64,000 nt of DNA from an uncultured Acidobacteriaceae bacterium (GTDB lineage Bacteria; Acidobacteriota; Terriglobia; Terriglobales; Acidobacteriaceae), in assembly GCA_963763585.1 (NCBI GenBank), contig CAVXPR010000028.1:15203-79202 (forward strand), written 5' to 3'. The notes beneath the pieces were generated by a model. That model saw only the letters and a list, made by a program, of their open reading frames with translations. It was not told the DNA's origin and made no database searches. Below, piece after piece: positions 20,801 to 28,613 of the stretch (the first letter of the stretch is position 1; each line of letters begins with the position of its first letter). Made by a program: the position numbers and the translations under genes.

Positions 20801-21347
20801 CCGTGTTGTAGTCGGCCGCGTCCGTCGCGGTAAAGGTCGCGCCCTGGCTGCTTGTCCCGGTTGCTGGCGTCGTTGTCGCTGTCGTCCAGGAGAAAGTCCC
20901 GCTTACCGACGCCGTGCCACCGCTCAGTGTCGACGCAGCAAGCGTCTGGCCGAATGTGATTGCGCTCGCCGTCGGCCACGTCGTCACCGTCGGAGTCGCC
21001 TTGCTTACCACCACTCCCACAGAACCCGCCACCGTGTTGTAGTCGGCCGTGTCCGAAGGCGTAAAAGTCACGCCCTCACTGGGCGTGCCCGCACCAGGCG
21101 CCGTTGAAGAGGCAGTCCAGGAAAAAGAGCCGGATACCGAGGCCGACCCTCCGGTCAAATTCGACGAAGCCAGCGTCTGCCCGTAGGTGATTGCGCTCGC
21201 CGTGGGCCATGTCGTCACAGTCGGCGTGGTTTTGGTGGTCCCGCCCCCGCCGCCCCCACCCGAGCTATAGCTGCCACCGCACCCCACCACCCACAAACTC
21301 ACTAAGATTCCGACCCAGATCGCCGACCGACGCCCCAATTTCGTCAT
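17835..21347 (-). CDS. Lipoprotein: Ig-like stalk (3x 77-aa repeats, Big_3-, InlB-B-repeat- and Big_2-like) + GH44 endoglucanase/xyloglucanase
   Basis: Start MTKLGRRSAIWVGILVSLWVVGC (lipobox) at 21347. GH44 motifs ISPYVYGMN, RWGGDDTSRYNY, DYYFEN, DLDNEP (acid/base), HRDVHP, LLDYVDIHGY, AIDEYNFGG (nucleophile) and LAQADILGIFGRQGL. Confidence 0.88.
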   Translation of the reverse strand: MTKLGRRSAIWVGILVSLWVVGCGGSYSSGGGGGGGTTKTTPTVTTWPTASAITYGQTLASSNLTGGSASVSGSFSWTASSTAPGAGTPSEGVTFTPSDTADYNTVAGSVGVVVSKATPTVTTWPTASAITFGQTLAASTLSGGTASVSGTFSWTTATTTPATGTSSQGATFTATDAADYNTVPGQVNVTVNKATPTVSAWPTASAITYGQTLASSALSGGTASVGGAFTWTTPTTLPSGGTPSESLTFTPSDTTDYNTVAGSVSVTVNTAAPTVTVTPGSSSISVTSPLSVMVTVSGGAGTTTPTGSVTLSGGGYTSSATTLTNGSAQINIPASSLTTGTDTLTGSYTPDSTSSPSYKSASGTVQVTVNSGVAYTLTVDSVAPASGILISPVSPADNNGAGAGATPFTRVYNSGAQVTLSAPLSDNTYSFVSWSGCASTSGAGGINCNVTMSGNTTVTANYNQAGITSITVTPSTATIGTQQQFTATVHGNGTYSTGVTWSLSCPSCGSLSGGTINANGLYNTPYPAPASVTVTATSTMTGFTNISGSATVTLSAPTTATGPALAVDVNTPSTPSENPHTISPYVYGMNGYVLDSASEKIANPGIVRWGGDDTSRYNYQLNMTNSASDYYFENFSGGGGQFPNATGSTNFTQFVQSTDAAGSAALGTVPVLGWVSNNTQYACSFTQTQFPGQQSFESGCGNGVLTSGVDLNGSNGTTGTQIPNITSLSEPPPNIADPSATPTASTVPNPGSVTTTWADGTWPGGWANSIATNSSLGNGASGKGVAVWDLDNEPTWWDAVHRDVHPVAFTYDEVTNNGIGTALAIKTADPTALVSGPVIDYWEAYFYSKKDIENGWDTGSPCYQPWSAPIDREAHGGIPMIEYYMQQFKSYSQQYGVRLLDYVDIHGYFAPDYPAGSGTSVAFTTAGDTQEQEARVNATRVFWDPSYTDPNEPQPNYITDANYTTKCNPPAQAPQLIPMLQTWVANDYPGTKTAIDEYNFGGLESINGALAQADILGIFGRQGLGMGAFWPTTNYNQQGPGNYAFAMYRNYDGNDSTFGNTYLYATSTGSSGDGEGQLSVYGGQRTSDSAITVMVINKTYGPLTSTISLLNLTAANGTTAQVYQYSNADLNAIVQQTSVSVTPPVASGTTSTISSYTFPAQSITLFVVPD
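20536..21228 (-). repeat. Three tandem 231-nt (77-aa) coding repeats in the GH44 stalk
   Basis: TPTV(T/S)(T/A)WPTASAIT(Y/F)GQTLA..DYNTV.G.V.V.V recurs. The Trp-Pro codon anchor falls at 21205, 20974 and 20743 (period 231). Confidence 0.9.
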
Positions 21348-21521
21348 ACCCACCCTCTCTGCTCTATACCCACTTCCTCTATCGGCTTGCGGTCCTAATC
21401 TTATCGGGTTGGGCAAATCGTCGGCGCCCCTTGCTCCAAACCATGCAGGCGAAATCGGGGTAAGATCGGGGATTTCTCTCTCTTCTTCGCCGTCCTGTTG
21501 GCCCCGAAACCAGCGCGGCAC

Positions 21522-21535
21522 AGATAACGGTATCA
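21522..21535. promoter_or_regulatory. LacI-type operator-like site AGATAACGGTATCA upstream of the GH44 gene
   Basis: Near-palindrome with central CG in the divergent GH44/protein C intergenic region. Confidence 0.4.
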
Positions 21536-21721
21536 TGATTTTTTATTCCGAGCCGATTGTAGGGTGCTTCCGCCGGGTCAGCAAAAATGTCGAGCAGCTC
21601 TCCGGGGCGCGCATCATCAATAGCAGCAGATAGATTCCCCGCCTTCATCCGTACCGCCGCCAGGCCCTTGTTCACCTGATTTTTACGCCCGCCTCATTCC
21701 CCGCGCTTAATCGTTTTTCAC

Positions 21722-21763
21722 TTGACAACCGCAAATTTTGTCGAGTACGGTGTACCGTTACCA
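21722..21763 (+). promoter_or_regulatory. Sigma70-like promoter for protein C with overlapping operator-like site
   Basis: TTGACA (21722-21727), 18 nt, TACGGT (21746-21751). It overlaps GTGTACCGTTACCA (21750-21763; reverse complement TGGTAACGGTACAC). Confidence 0.5.
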
Positions 21764-22085
21764 AATTTGTAGAATTATCCGCACGTAGTTCCAGTTAGCT
21801 TCACGCTGCCGCTCTGTGTGGGTATAGGTGCCGGAGTTTTCCGGCAGTTTTCAGGATTCTTTTTTCTGCGCGTGCTCTCCCAGCTTTTTTCGGGGTCGAT
21901 TCGAAGACGGATATTTCGTCCTTCGAGACCGAATCGTGCGTGAGGCTGATCGGGTCAGTTACTCGAACGGCATGCCAGGATGGGGTTCGATTCAAAAGTT
22001 TGATGTTGGCCAAGGACGTTACGGGACAAACCCGGCCGTCACCGATTCCCCGCTTCGGGGATGGGAACAAATCGGAGGAGAAGGA

Positions 22086-25000
22086 ATGCAAATTACTTTC
22101 AGCAAATTGACGAGTCCAGTTCGGTCCCTCGCGGCGGGAACAGGCGTTGCCCTGTTCACGGCCCTTTTCGCAGTCTTGACCCTTTGCCTTGGCGCATCTT
22201 CAGCGATGGCACGGCCTCCCTCGCCGCCCATCGTGGTAACTGGCCCCTCCGTCACCATCGGAGACTTGAATTTCGGCGGCGCAACCGGTGGCTGGCCCGG
22301 CGGCCAGGCGCCTTTGGGCGGCACCTTCGTGGTGGGTCCAAACGGCGATGTGATCGTCGGCGACGGTTACGGTGGCTGTGCGGCCTGCGGCGTTTTTCTC
22401 ATCACTCCCGCCGGCGTGCAATCCGTCATCGCCAATTTTGGCAACAGCAATGCGGCTGGCATGGACCAGTACGGCAACGCCTATATCGCCAGAGACTACG
22501 GCTCGAGCATTATCAAGCTTCCTTACAGCGCAGCGACAGGCACTTACACGGGCTTTACCACTCTTCCCACCGCCAATTGCCTGGGTGGCACGCAGGATAC
22601 GGCCGCGTGCGTTTTTGCTTCGGGCTCCCAGTCGCTGTTTGCGGGCGAGAATGGTGGCTTCTCATCTCTGCTCTTCGATGGGCAAGGTAATTTCTTCTTC
22701 TCTACCGATGCCAATCCAGCAAACAATCCCGATACGATTTACGAGTGCGTTGCGAGCAGTCTGCCAGCTTGCAGTTCTCCTACGGTTGTTTTCGCCGATA
22801 AGTCGGGCGGTTTGGGTTCGGTCGCCGTCGATCCCTGGGGCAACCTGTTCTTCTCTGACGGCGCTGACAACGGCGCGAATACCGGAAAAGTTAGCTACCT
22901 CGAAGAGTTGCCGCTATCAGGTGGAGTTTACGCCGCCGCGCCGACGGTGATGACTTCTTACACGACGACTGCCGGCTACAACGCGATCACCGGCGTCTCG
23001 GCCAATAGCCTGAATACTGTATTTTTCTCCGTCGCCAACGACGGCGTCTTTGCCCTTCCGAACTCTTCGTCCGGCCCCAACTCTGCTGGAATTTACAAGG
23101 TCTCTGGCCAGGGCGGCCAGGGCTTAGCAGTCGACAGCGCCGGCAACTTGTATACGGTCGGGTATCTCAATTCCCTGGGACACACTGGAGTCGCCAAGAC
23201 AATCCTGAATAACTTCTCCTTCGGCGCCTCGCCAGTCGGAACCGCCGCGACAGCGGTTGCCGTGACGGTGAACGATAACGCCGGCAACTGCACCACTCCA
23301 CCAACTTTGGCCGTTAGCAGCCTCGAAGGCGGAGTCGTGTCAACCGAATTCGCAACCGTGGCTGGAACGTCCTGTTCAACATTCGTCGGCACCGGCAGTG
23401 GAACCTTCAGTCCTGCGCTGGCGTCCACTGCCGCTTCATTTTCGGCCACGATTACCTTCACGCCAACTGCAGTCGGCTCGCGCAAAGCTGCGCTGGTTGT
23501 TACAGATTCGGCAAATTTCGCCATCGGCACCACAGCGCTCATCGGCGTTGGTCAGGGCGCCGCAGTCAACGCCGACCCCGGCGTCTCAACCGCGTACGGA
23601 ACCGGATTTACCAAACCCTATTCGGTCTCTGTCGATGCCGTGGATGACTTGGCGATCGCCGATTTCGGAGCGGGTAAGCTTTTCTGGATTCCCGCCGGAT
23701 CTGCCGCCGGAACCGCGCCCACCTCGATCGGTTCGGGATTCGTCGAGCCTTCCGCAACCGCATTTGACGCCAGCGGAAACCTGTACGTCGCCGATTTCTC
23801 CAACGACAACGTCGTCGAGATTCCCTACGTAAGCGGCGCCTTGGCTCCCGGCTCGCAGTCCACTCTGATCTCGTCTACCTTTGCGTTCAATGGAACTGCG
23901 CTCAACGAACCAAGCGGATTAGCAGTCGGGCCTGACGGCACGCTGTACGTCGCCGACCTCGGCAACAACCGCGTTGTAAGCTACAACCTCGTCACCGGAG
24001 AAACAGCGGTTCCGATTACCGGACTCAAAAACCCGTGGGGAGTTGGCGTCGATTCTTCCAGCAACCTCTACGTCGCCGATACCGGCAATGGCAACGTCCT
24101 CATTGATGCCGCCGGCGCTCAGTCCACATTGACGGTGCCCAACGCCGCTGCTCCATGGGGAGTTAGAGTCGACGCATCCGGCAGCTTGATCGTCTCTGAC
24201 CACGCAACCGGCAATATCGTGTGGGTCCCAAGTGTCGCCGGAGTTCTCACTCCTGCCAGCGCGGTAACGATCGAGAAGAATCCCAGCTCCGCGCTCGGCA
24301 TTGCTCTTGACGCTTCGGGCAACCTCTTTACGACCGACGCGACTGGCGCTTCGGTTTACGCCATTCAGCGCACCGCGGCCGCCCTCAATCTGGGCACCGT
24401 TTCCGATGGCGTCACCAACTCCGCGAACATTTATCTCGAGAGCGACGGAAACATTCCGGCGACTCTGGCCACTCCAGACGTGACCGAGCCAACGAACACC
24501 ATGTTCACTCTCGTTCCGGCTGCGAGCAACGGCTGCTCCAGCGGCTCATCCGGAAATCCCGGAATGGCTTGCCAGTTCACCGGCACCTTCGCTCCGCCGC
24601 CTGCCACTCCCAACGGACCGCAGGTCGGCGCGGCAACCATCGCTGTCGCCACTCCGGCTGCCTCCCTCAATGTGAGCCTCAGCGGCTCAGCCACTGTGTC
24701 GTCGATCATGCCGCAGACCATCACTGGCTTCAACCCACCCACATCCCTGCAGGCAGGCCAAGTGATCACACTGTCGGCTACCGGCGGCGCATCCGGCAAT
24801 CCGGTCGTCTACTCGATCGACGCCGCCTCCGCATGTCCAACATGCGCCACCATCGCGGGCAGCCAGTTGACGGCAGTTTCAGCAGGCGCCGTCAAAGTTG
24901 ATGCCAACCAGGCCGGCGGCGCAGCCAACGGCAATCAATATGCCGCGGCAACGCAAGTTCAGGCGCCGATCACAATCACCAACACCGTGGTTGCGGCCGA

Positions 25001-28000
25001 CGTGCCCGCGCTCTTGGCGAACCAGATCTACTGGAGCTACCAGAGCGGCTCCTTCACCGACGGGCAGAATCCCGCAGGTGGAAGCTTCGCCGTCACACAG
25101 AATGGCTTGATCTACGTCGGAACGACTTACAGCAACAAGGCCGACATCGTAAGCCAAAGCACCGGCGCGCTGATCTCGTCGATATCGATGAGCGGCGGCG
25201 GCGTATTCACGATCGACAGCAAGAACAATCTCTATATGGGCCACCTTTACAACTCGGCAGTCTTCAAGATTCCGTTTGTGAGTGGCGCCTATGTGACGTT
25301 GAGTGACCTGTCGTCGGCGCCAAACTGCACCGGCACCGATACGGCAATCTGCACCGTCGCAAATCTTCCCAGCGGTGGAACGAAGGCGGTCGCATTCGAC
25401 GCCTCCGGCAACCTCTACATGGTTACTGTTCCTTCAGGAAATGGTGTCAACGCAATTTATGAGTGCAACGTGGCCTGCCAGGTTGGCGGCACCGCAACGC
25501 TGGTCTACTCAGATACCACCGGCGCAGTCAGCCAGATTGCTTTAGATCCCTGGGGCAATTTGTTCTTCACCGATGGAATCTACAACGATGCGAGCTTCGC
25601 CAACGACGACAAGGTGACGTCTTCCAATCTCTACGAGCTGCCCTACACGGCGGGAACGGGCTTTGCGGCCAATCCCACCCTCTTGCAAACCCTCACCGAT
25701 GCCTCACCGGGCAACTACGACAATCAGTTGGATGGCGTCGCCGTTACATCCACGGGCACCATCTACTACGCCGACCAGAACGATGGAATGTTTGCCATCC
25801 CCAACACCAAAACCGGCGGCCCCGATACTGCGCACCAATACGTCGTATCGGCCCTCGGCGCAAAGGGTATGGAGCTTGACGCAAACGGCAACGAGTGGGT
25901 CGTGGTCTATCACGCCGGCGGCGACAACCTCGGTTATGCGCTCATCGGCGACTTGGTCACGCCTAACGCCCAGTACGATGGCGCTCCGGTCAATGCACCA
26001 GCCACCGTCGTGGACAACGCGTTGCCCTGCACGACTGGCGCAACCCTGGCCTTTGCATCCTCGAACGCGGAGTTCGGCGCAACGCCCGGAACACCGTGCT
26101 CGACAATTTCAGCCTCAACCTTCAGCACTCCGGTCTCCGCCTCTTCTTATCCGGCGACCATCACCTTCACGGCGACCAAGCCTAATTCTCAAACGGCAAC
26201 GTTGAGCATCTCCGACACCACCAACGGTGGCGAGGGAACAGCAACGGTCACCGGCTTCGCTTTGACTACGCCGCAGACGCTCACCTTTACGGCGCCCACC
26301 ACAACCACTTCCATCTTCTCGCCCGGCGAGACGATCTTGCTGACGGTAACTAACGGCGGATCCAACAATCCTGCCGCCTTCACGGTTGATTCATCAAGCA
26401 CCGGCGCGGGAACAATCTCCGCCACCACCGTCACCGGTACCAGCTCGTCGGCAACGTTGACCGTCACGCAGGCGGGCAGCATCGTCATCGACGCCAACGA
26501 ATTGGGCGGTCTTGCCAGCGGCACTTATTACGACGCTGCTCCGCAGGTCCAGTTGACGCTCACCGTTAACAAGTCTGCTGAGGCCATTACCTTCACGCCG
26601 CCAACTTCGCCGGTCCTGTATTCACCTGGATTGACGGTTCCTCTGAGCGCACTCGGCGGTGGCGCCTCAACTCCGGTGGTCTTCACGGTCGACGCGTCCA
26701 GCACCGGCGCAGGGACCATCTCCACCACAACAGTCACCGGCAACACCTCAACGGCAACGCTGACCGTGACCACGGCAGGCACCATCGTGCTCGACGCCAA
26801 CCAGGCAACCGATGTGAACTACCTGGCAGCACCGCAGGTTCAGCAGGTCTTGGTCGTCAACCAGGCTGCCCAGACCATCGTCTTCACTCCGGTCGCCACG
26901 CCGCTCCACTACATTGCGTCGTGCTCACCCATCACGCTCTGCGCAACCGTTACCATCCAGGCCACGGGCGGTGCTACAGATAATCTCGTCGCCCTCAGCC
27001 CCGATCCAAGCAATGCCGTGATCTTCACTATCCTCAGCAGTTCTGTGAAGAACGGCGTCACGACGGCAACGATAGCGCTTGTGCCAAACCAGAACCTGAG
27101 CTTCCCGGCCAATTTGATCATCGACGGCAATCAGCAGGGCAACGCCAACTACGCGGCCGCTACCCAGGCGAAGATCACCGTCAGTGTTCTCGGCGGGCTG
27201 CCGCTGCAGACCATTACCTGGTCAAACCCAGGCACGCAGGTCGGCGGCGGTACCTTGGCGCTTAACGGATCTGCCAGTTCCGGATTCCCGGTCACCTACA
27301 CTTCCAGCACAACGTCCGTGTGCACAGTTACTGGCGTCACGGTCACGTTCGCAAAACCAACCGCTGCCAGTGCCTGCACCATAACGGCTACGCAGGCCGG
27401 CGACAACCTTACCTTTGCCGCGGCCATCCCGCTCACGCAGACGTTCGCTGTGAACCCGGCCGGCCAGAGCCCCAGCCTGAACATGGCCCTTTCACTGTCC
27501 ACACTCACCATTCAGCCCGGAACCGTTGGCTTGACGCAGATCACTCTTACCTCCGTTAACAACTTCGCGGTCGGTTCGATTACCTTCTCCTGCAGCGGCC
27601 TGCCATCCGGCTACAACTGCTCCTTTAACCCGAACCCGGTAACGGTCTTCGCCCAGAACTCAACAACCGGTCTGCCCTTGGGAACGACCGTAACCACGAC
27701 GCTCACCGTTACGCCGCCTGCATCGGCTGCCGTTGTCCATCAGGACTTCAGGCCGATCTTCCCGGCGACCCTGGCGGTGGCGCTCTGCTTCCTTGGCTTC
27801 AAGAAGCGTAACCGGCTCTACATGCTCGCGTTGCTGGTTGTCCTCTTCGCCGGAATAGGCTTCGTCTCCGGCTGCGGCGGCACCACCAACAGCGCAACAA
27901 CCAAGTCGGTCACGTCCACAGCCACCATCACCGCGACTCCGGCGCCAGGACTTGCCGGCGCGTCAGGATCGGTGCAATCAAGCGCAACCTTGACCGTCGT

Positions 28001-28010
28001 CGTCCAATAG
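22086..28010 (+). CDS. Giant secreted protein C (~1974 aa): duplicated propeller modules, NHL repeats, Ig-like repeats, C-terminal TM-hairpin/lipobox module
   Basis: Strong RBS GGAGGAGAAGGA before ATG 22086. Signal peptide ending SSAMA, NHL repeats (PWGVGVDSSSNLYVAD), five Q(T/A)I(T/V)F-type Ig repeats, and VSGC lipobox near the C-terminus. Confidence 0.85.
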   Translation: MQITFSKLTSPVRSLAAGTGVALFTALFAVLTLCLGASSAMARPPSPPIVVTGPSVTIGDLNFGGATGGWPGGQAPLGGTFVVGPNGDVIVGDGYGGCAACGVFLITPAGVQSVIANFGNSNAAGMDQYGNAYIARDYGSSIIKLPYSAATGTYTGFTTLPTANCLGGTQDTAACVFASGSQSLFAGENGGFSSLLFDGQGNFFFSTDANPANNPDTIYECVASSLPACSSPTVVFADKSGGLGSVAVDPWGNLFFSDGADNGANTGKVSYLEELPLSGGVYAAAPTVMTSYTTTAGYNAITGVSANSLNTVFFSVANDGVFALPNSSSGPNSAGIYKVSGQGGQGLAVDSAGNLYTVGYLNSLGHTGVAKTILNNFSFGASPVGTAATAVAVTVNDNAGNCTTPPTLAVSSLEGGVVSTEFATVAGTSCSTFVGTGSGTFSPALASTAASFSATITFTPTAVGSRKAALVVTDSANFAIGTTALIGVGQGAAVNADPGVSTAYGTGFTKPYSVSVDAVDDLAIADFGAGKLFWIPAGSAAGTAPTSIGSGFVEPSATAFDASGNLYVADFSNDNVVEIPYVSGALAPGSQSTLISSTFAFNGTALNEPSGLAVGPDGTLYVADLGNNRVVSYNLVTGETAVPITGLKNPWGVGVDSSSNLYVADTGNGNVLIDAAGAQSTLTVPNAAAPWGVRVDASGSLIVSDHATGNIVWVPSVAGVLTPASAVTIEKNPSSALGIALDASGNLFTTDATGASVYAIQRTAAALNLGTVSDGVTNSANIYLESDGNIPATLATPDVTEPTNTMFTLVPAASNGCSSGSSGNPGMACQFTGTFAPPPATPNGPQVGAATIAVATPAASLNVSLSGSATVSSIMPQTITGFNPPTSLQAGQVITLSATGGASGNPVVYSIDAASACPTCATIAGSQLTAVSAGAVKVDANQAGGAANGNQYAAATQVQAPITITNTVVAADVPALLANQIYWSYQSGSFTDGQNPAGGSFAVTQNGLIYVGTTYSNKADIVSQSTGALISSISMSGGGVFTIDSKNNLYMGHLYNSAVFKIPFVSGAYVTLSDLSSAPNCTGTDTAICTVANLPSGGTKAVAFDASGNLYMVTVPSGNGVNAIYECNVACQVGGTATLVYSDTTGAVSQIALDPWGNLFFTDGIYNDASFANDDKVTSSNLYELPYTAGTGFAANPTLLQTLTDASPGNYDNQLDGVAVTSTGTIYYADQNDGMFAIPNTKTGGPDTAHQYVVSALGAKGMELDANGNEWVVVYHAGGDNLGYALIGDLVTPNAQYDGAPVNAPATVVDNALPCTTGATLAFASSNAEFGATPGTPCSTISASTFSTPVSASSYPATITFTATKPNSQTATLSISDTTNGGEGTATVTGFALTTPQTLTFTAPTTTTSIFSPGETILLTVTNGGSNNPAAFTVDSSSTGAGTISATTVTGTSSSATLTVTQAGSIVIDANELGGLASGTYYDAAPQVQLTLTVNKSAEAITFTPPTSPVLYSPGLTVPLSALGGGASTPVVFTVDASSTGAGTISTTTVTGNTSTATLTVTTAGTIVLDANQATDVNYLAAPQVQQVLVVNQAAQTIVFTPVATPLHYIASCSPITLCATVTIQATGGATDNLVALSPDPSNAVIFTILSSSVKNGVTTATIALVPNQNLSFPANLIIDGNQQGNANYAAATQAKITVSVLGGLPLQTITWSNPGTQVGGGTLALNGSASSGFPVTYTSSTTSVCTVTGVTVTFAKPTAASACTITATQAGDNLTFAAAIPLTQTFAVNPAGQSPSLNMALSLSTLTIQPGTVGLTQITLTSVNNFAVGSITFSCSGLPSGYNCSFNPNPVTVFAQNSTTGLPLGTTVTTTLTVTPPASAAVVHQDFRPIFPATLAVALCFLGFKKRNRLYMLALLVVLFAGIGFVSGCGGTTNSATTKSVTSTATITATPAPGLAGASGSVQSSATLTVVVQ

Positions 28011-28074
28011 CGCCGGTCGTCTAACCAAGGCCGCCCAGCTCATTGGAACGGCCTGATCAGTTAGTCCAATTACC

Positions 28075-28121
28075 GAGGCCTCTTCGCACAGTTCATACGT
28101 GTGAAGAGGCTTCAACCTTTT
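28075..28121 (+). terminator. Stem-loop downstream of protein C
   Basis: GAGGCCTCTTCGCAC...GTGTGAAGAGGCTTC followed by AACCTTTT. Confidence 0.5.
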
Positions 28122-28236
28122 GGTGCGCTCCGCTTCACCGCGAATCGGCGCGCCTCAAAATATGCGCCCGCAAATAAAAATGACCTCTCGCGCTCGAGAG
28201 GCCATGCCGCAACCAATCCTGTCTTCTATTTGATTC

Positions 28237-28312
28237 TGGAGCCGACGGTCAGACTTGAACTGACGACCTGCTGATTACGAATCAGCTGCTCTACCAACTG
28301 AGCTACGTCGGC
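28237..28312 (-). tRNA. tRNA-Thr (CGT)
   Basis: Reverse complement GCCGACGTAGCTCAGTTGGTAGAGCAGCTGATTCGTAATCAGCAGGTCGTCAGTTCAAGTCTGACCGTCGGCTCCA; cloverleaf, CCA end. Terminator-like hairpin at ~28178-28207. Confidence 0.97.
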
Positions 28313-28477
28313 CTGCTTTTAAGATTGTCCTGCCCTTCGATTGTATCGTTCGGCCGGATCGAGGTAAAGCCGCGCGGCTTCTCGCGTCGCGCCAGTTTGA
28401 ACGCGCTTTGAATGGGCACCGCCGGGACCTCCACGCATTAGGGTGGGCCGCGTACCGTAAGCTGCGGTGAGCACGGT

Positions 28478-28550
28478 TTGAAAGGGCACGACTTCAGTCG
28501 TGCCGCAAGTTGCACGAAGTGAATTGTGGACTTTAGTCCCTGAGGGATGT
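28478..28550 (+). repeat. REP-like double-hairpin repeat, copy 1
   Basis: GGGCACGACTTCAGTCGTGCC ... GGACTTTAGTCCCTGAGGGA. Confidence 0.85.
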
Positions 28551-28613
28551 TTTTCTAAACCGGCCCACAATCCATTTTCGCGCCGCCTCAATTTCAGCGC
28601 TACAATTCTGCCC

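Noticed and set aside
20536-21228. Regularly spaced repeats as a possible CRISPR array
   Set aside because: Period 231 nt, in-frame coding repeats with synonymous variation, no unique spacers, no cas genes.
21828-22085. 86-codon N-terminal extension of protein C given by the ORF track
   Set aside because: Strong SD directly before ATG 22086, which begins a proper signal peptide; the extension has no signal or domain features. The same logic was used to trim the starts of GH30, GH44, the receptor, protein A, lptB and lon.
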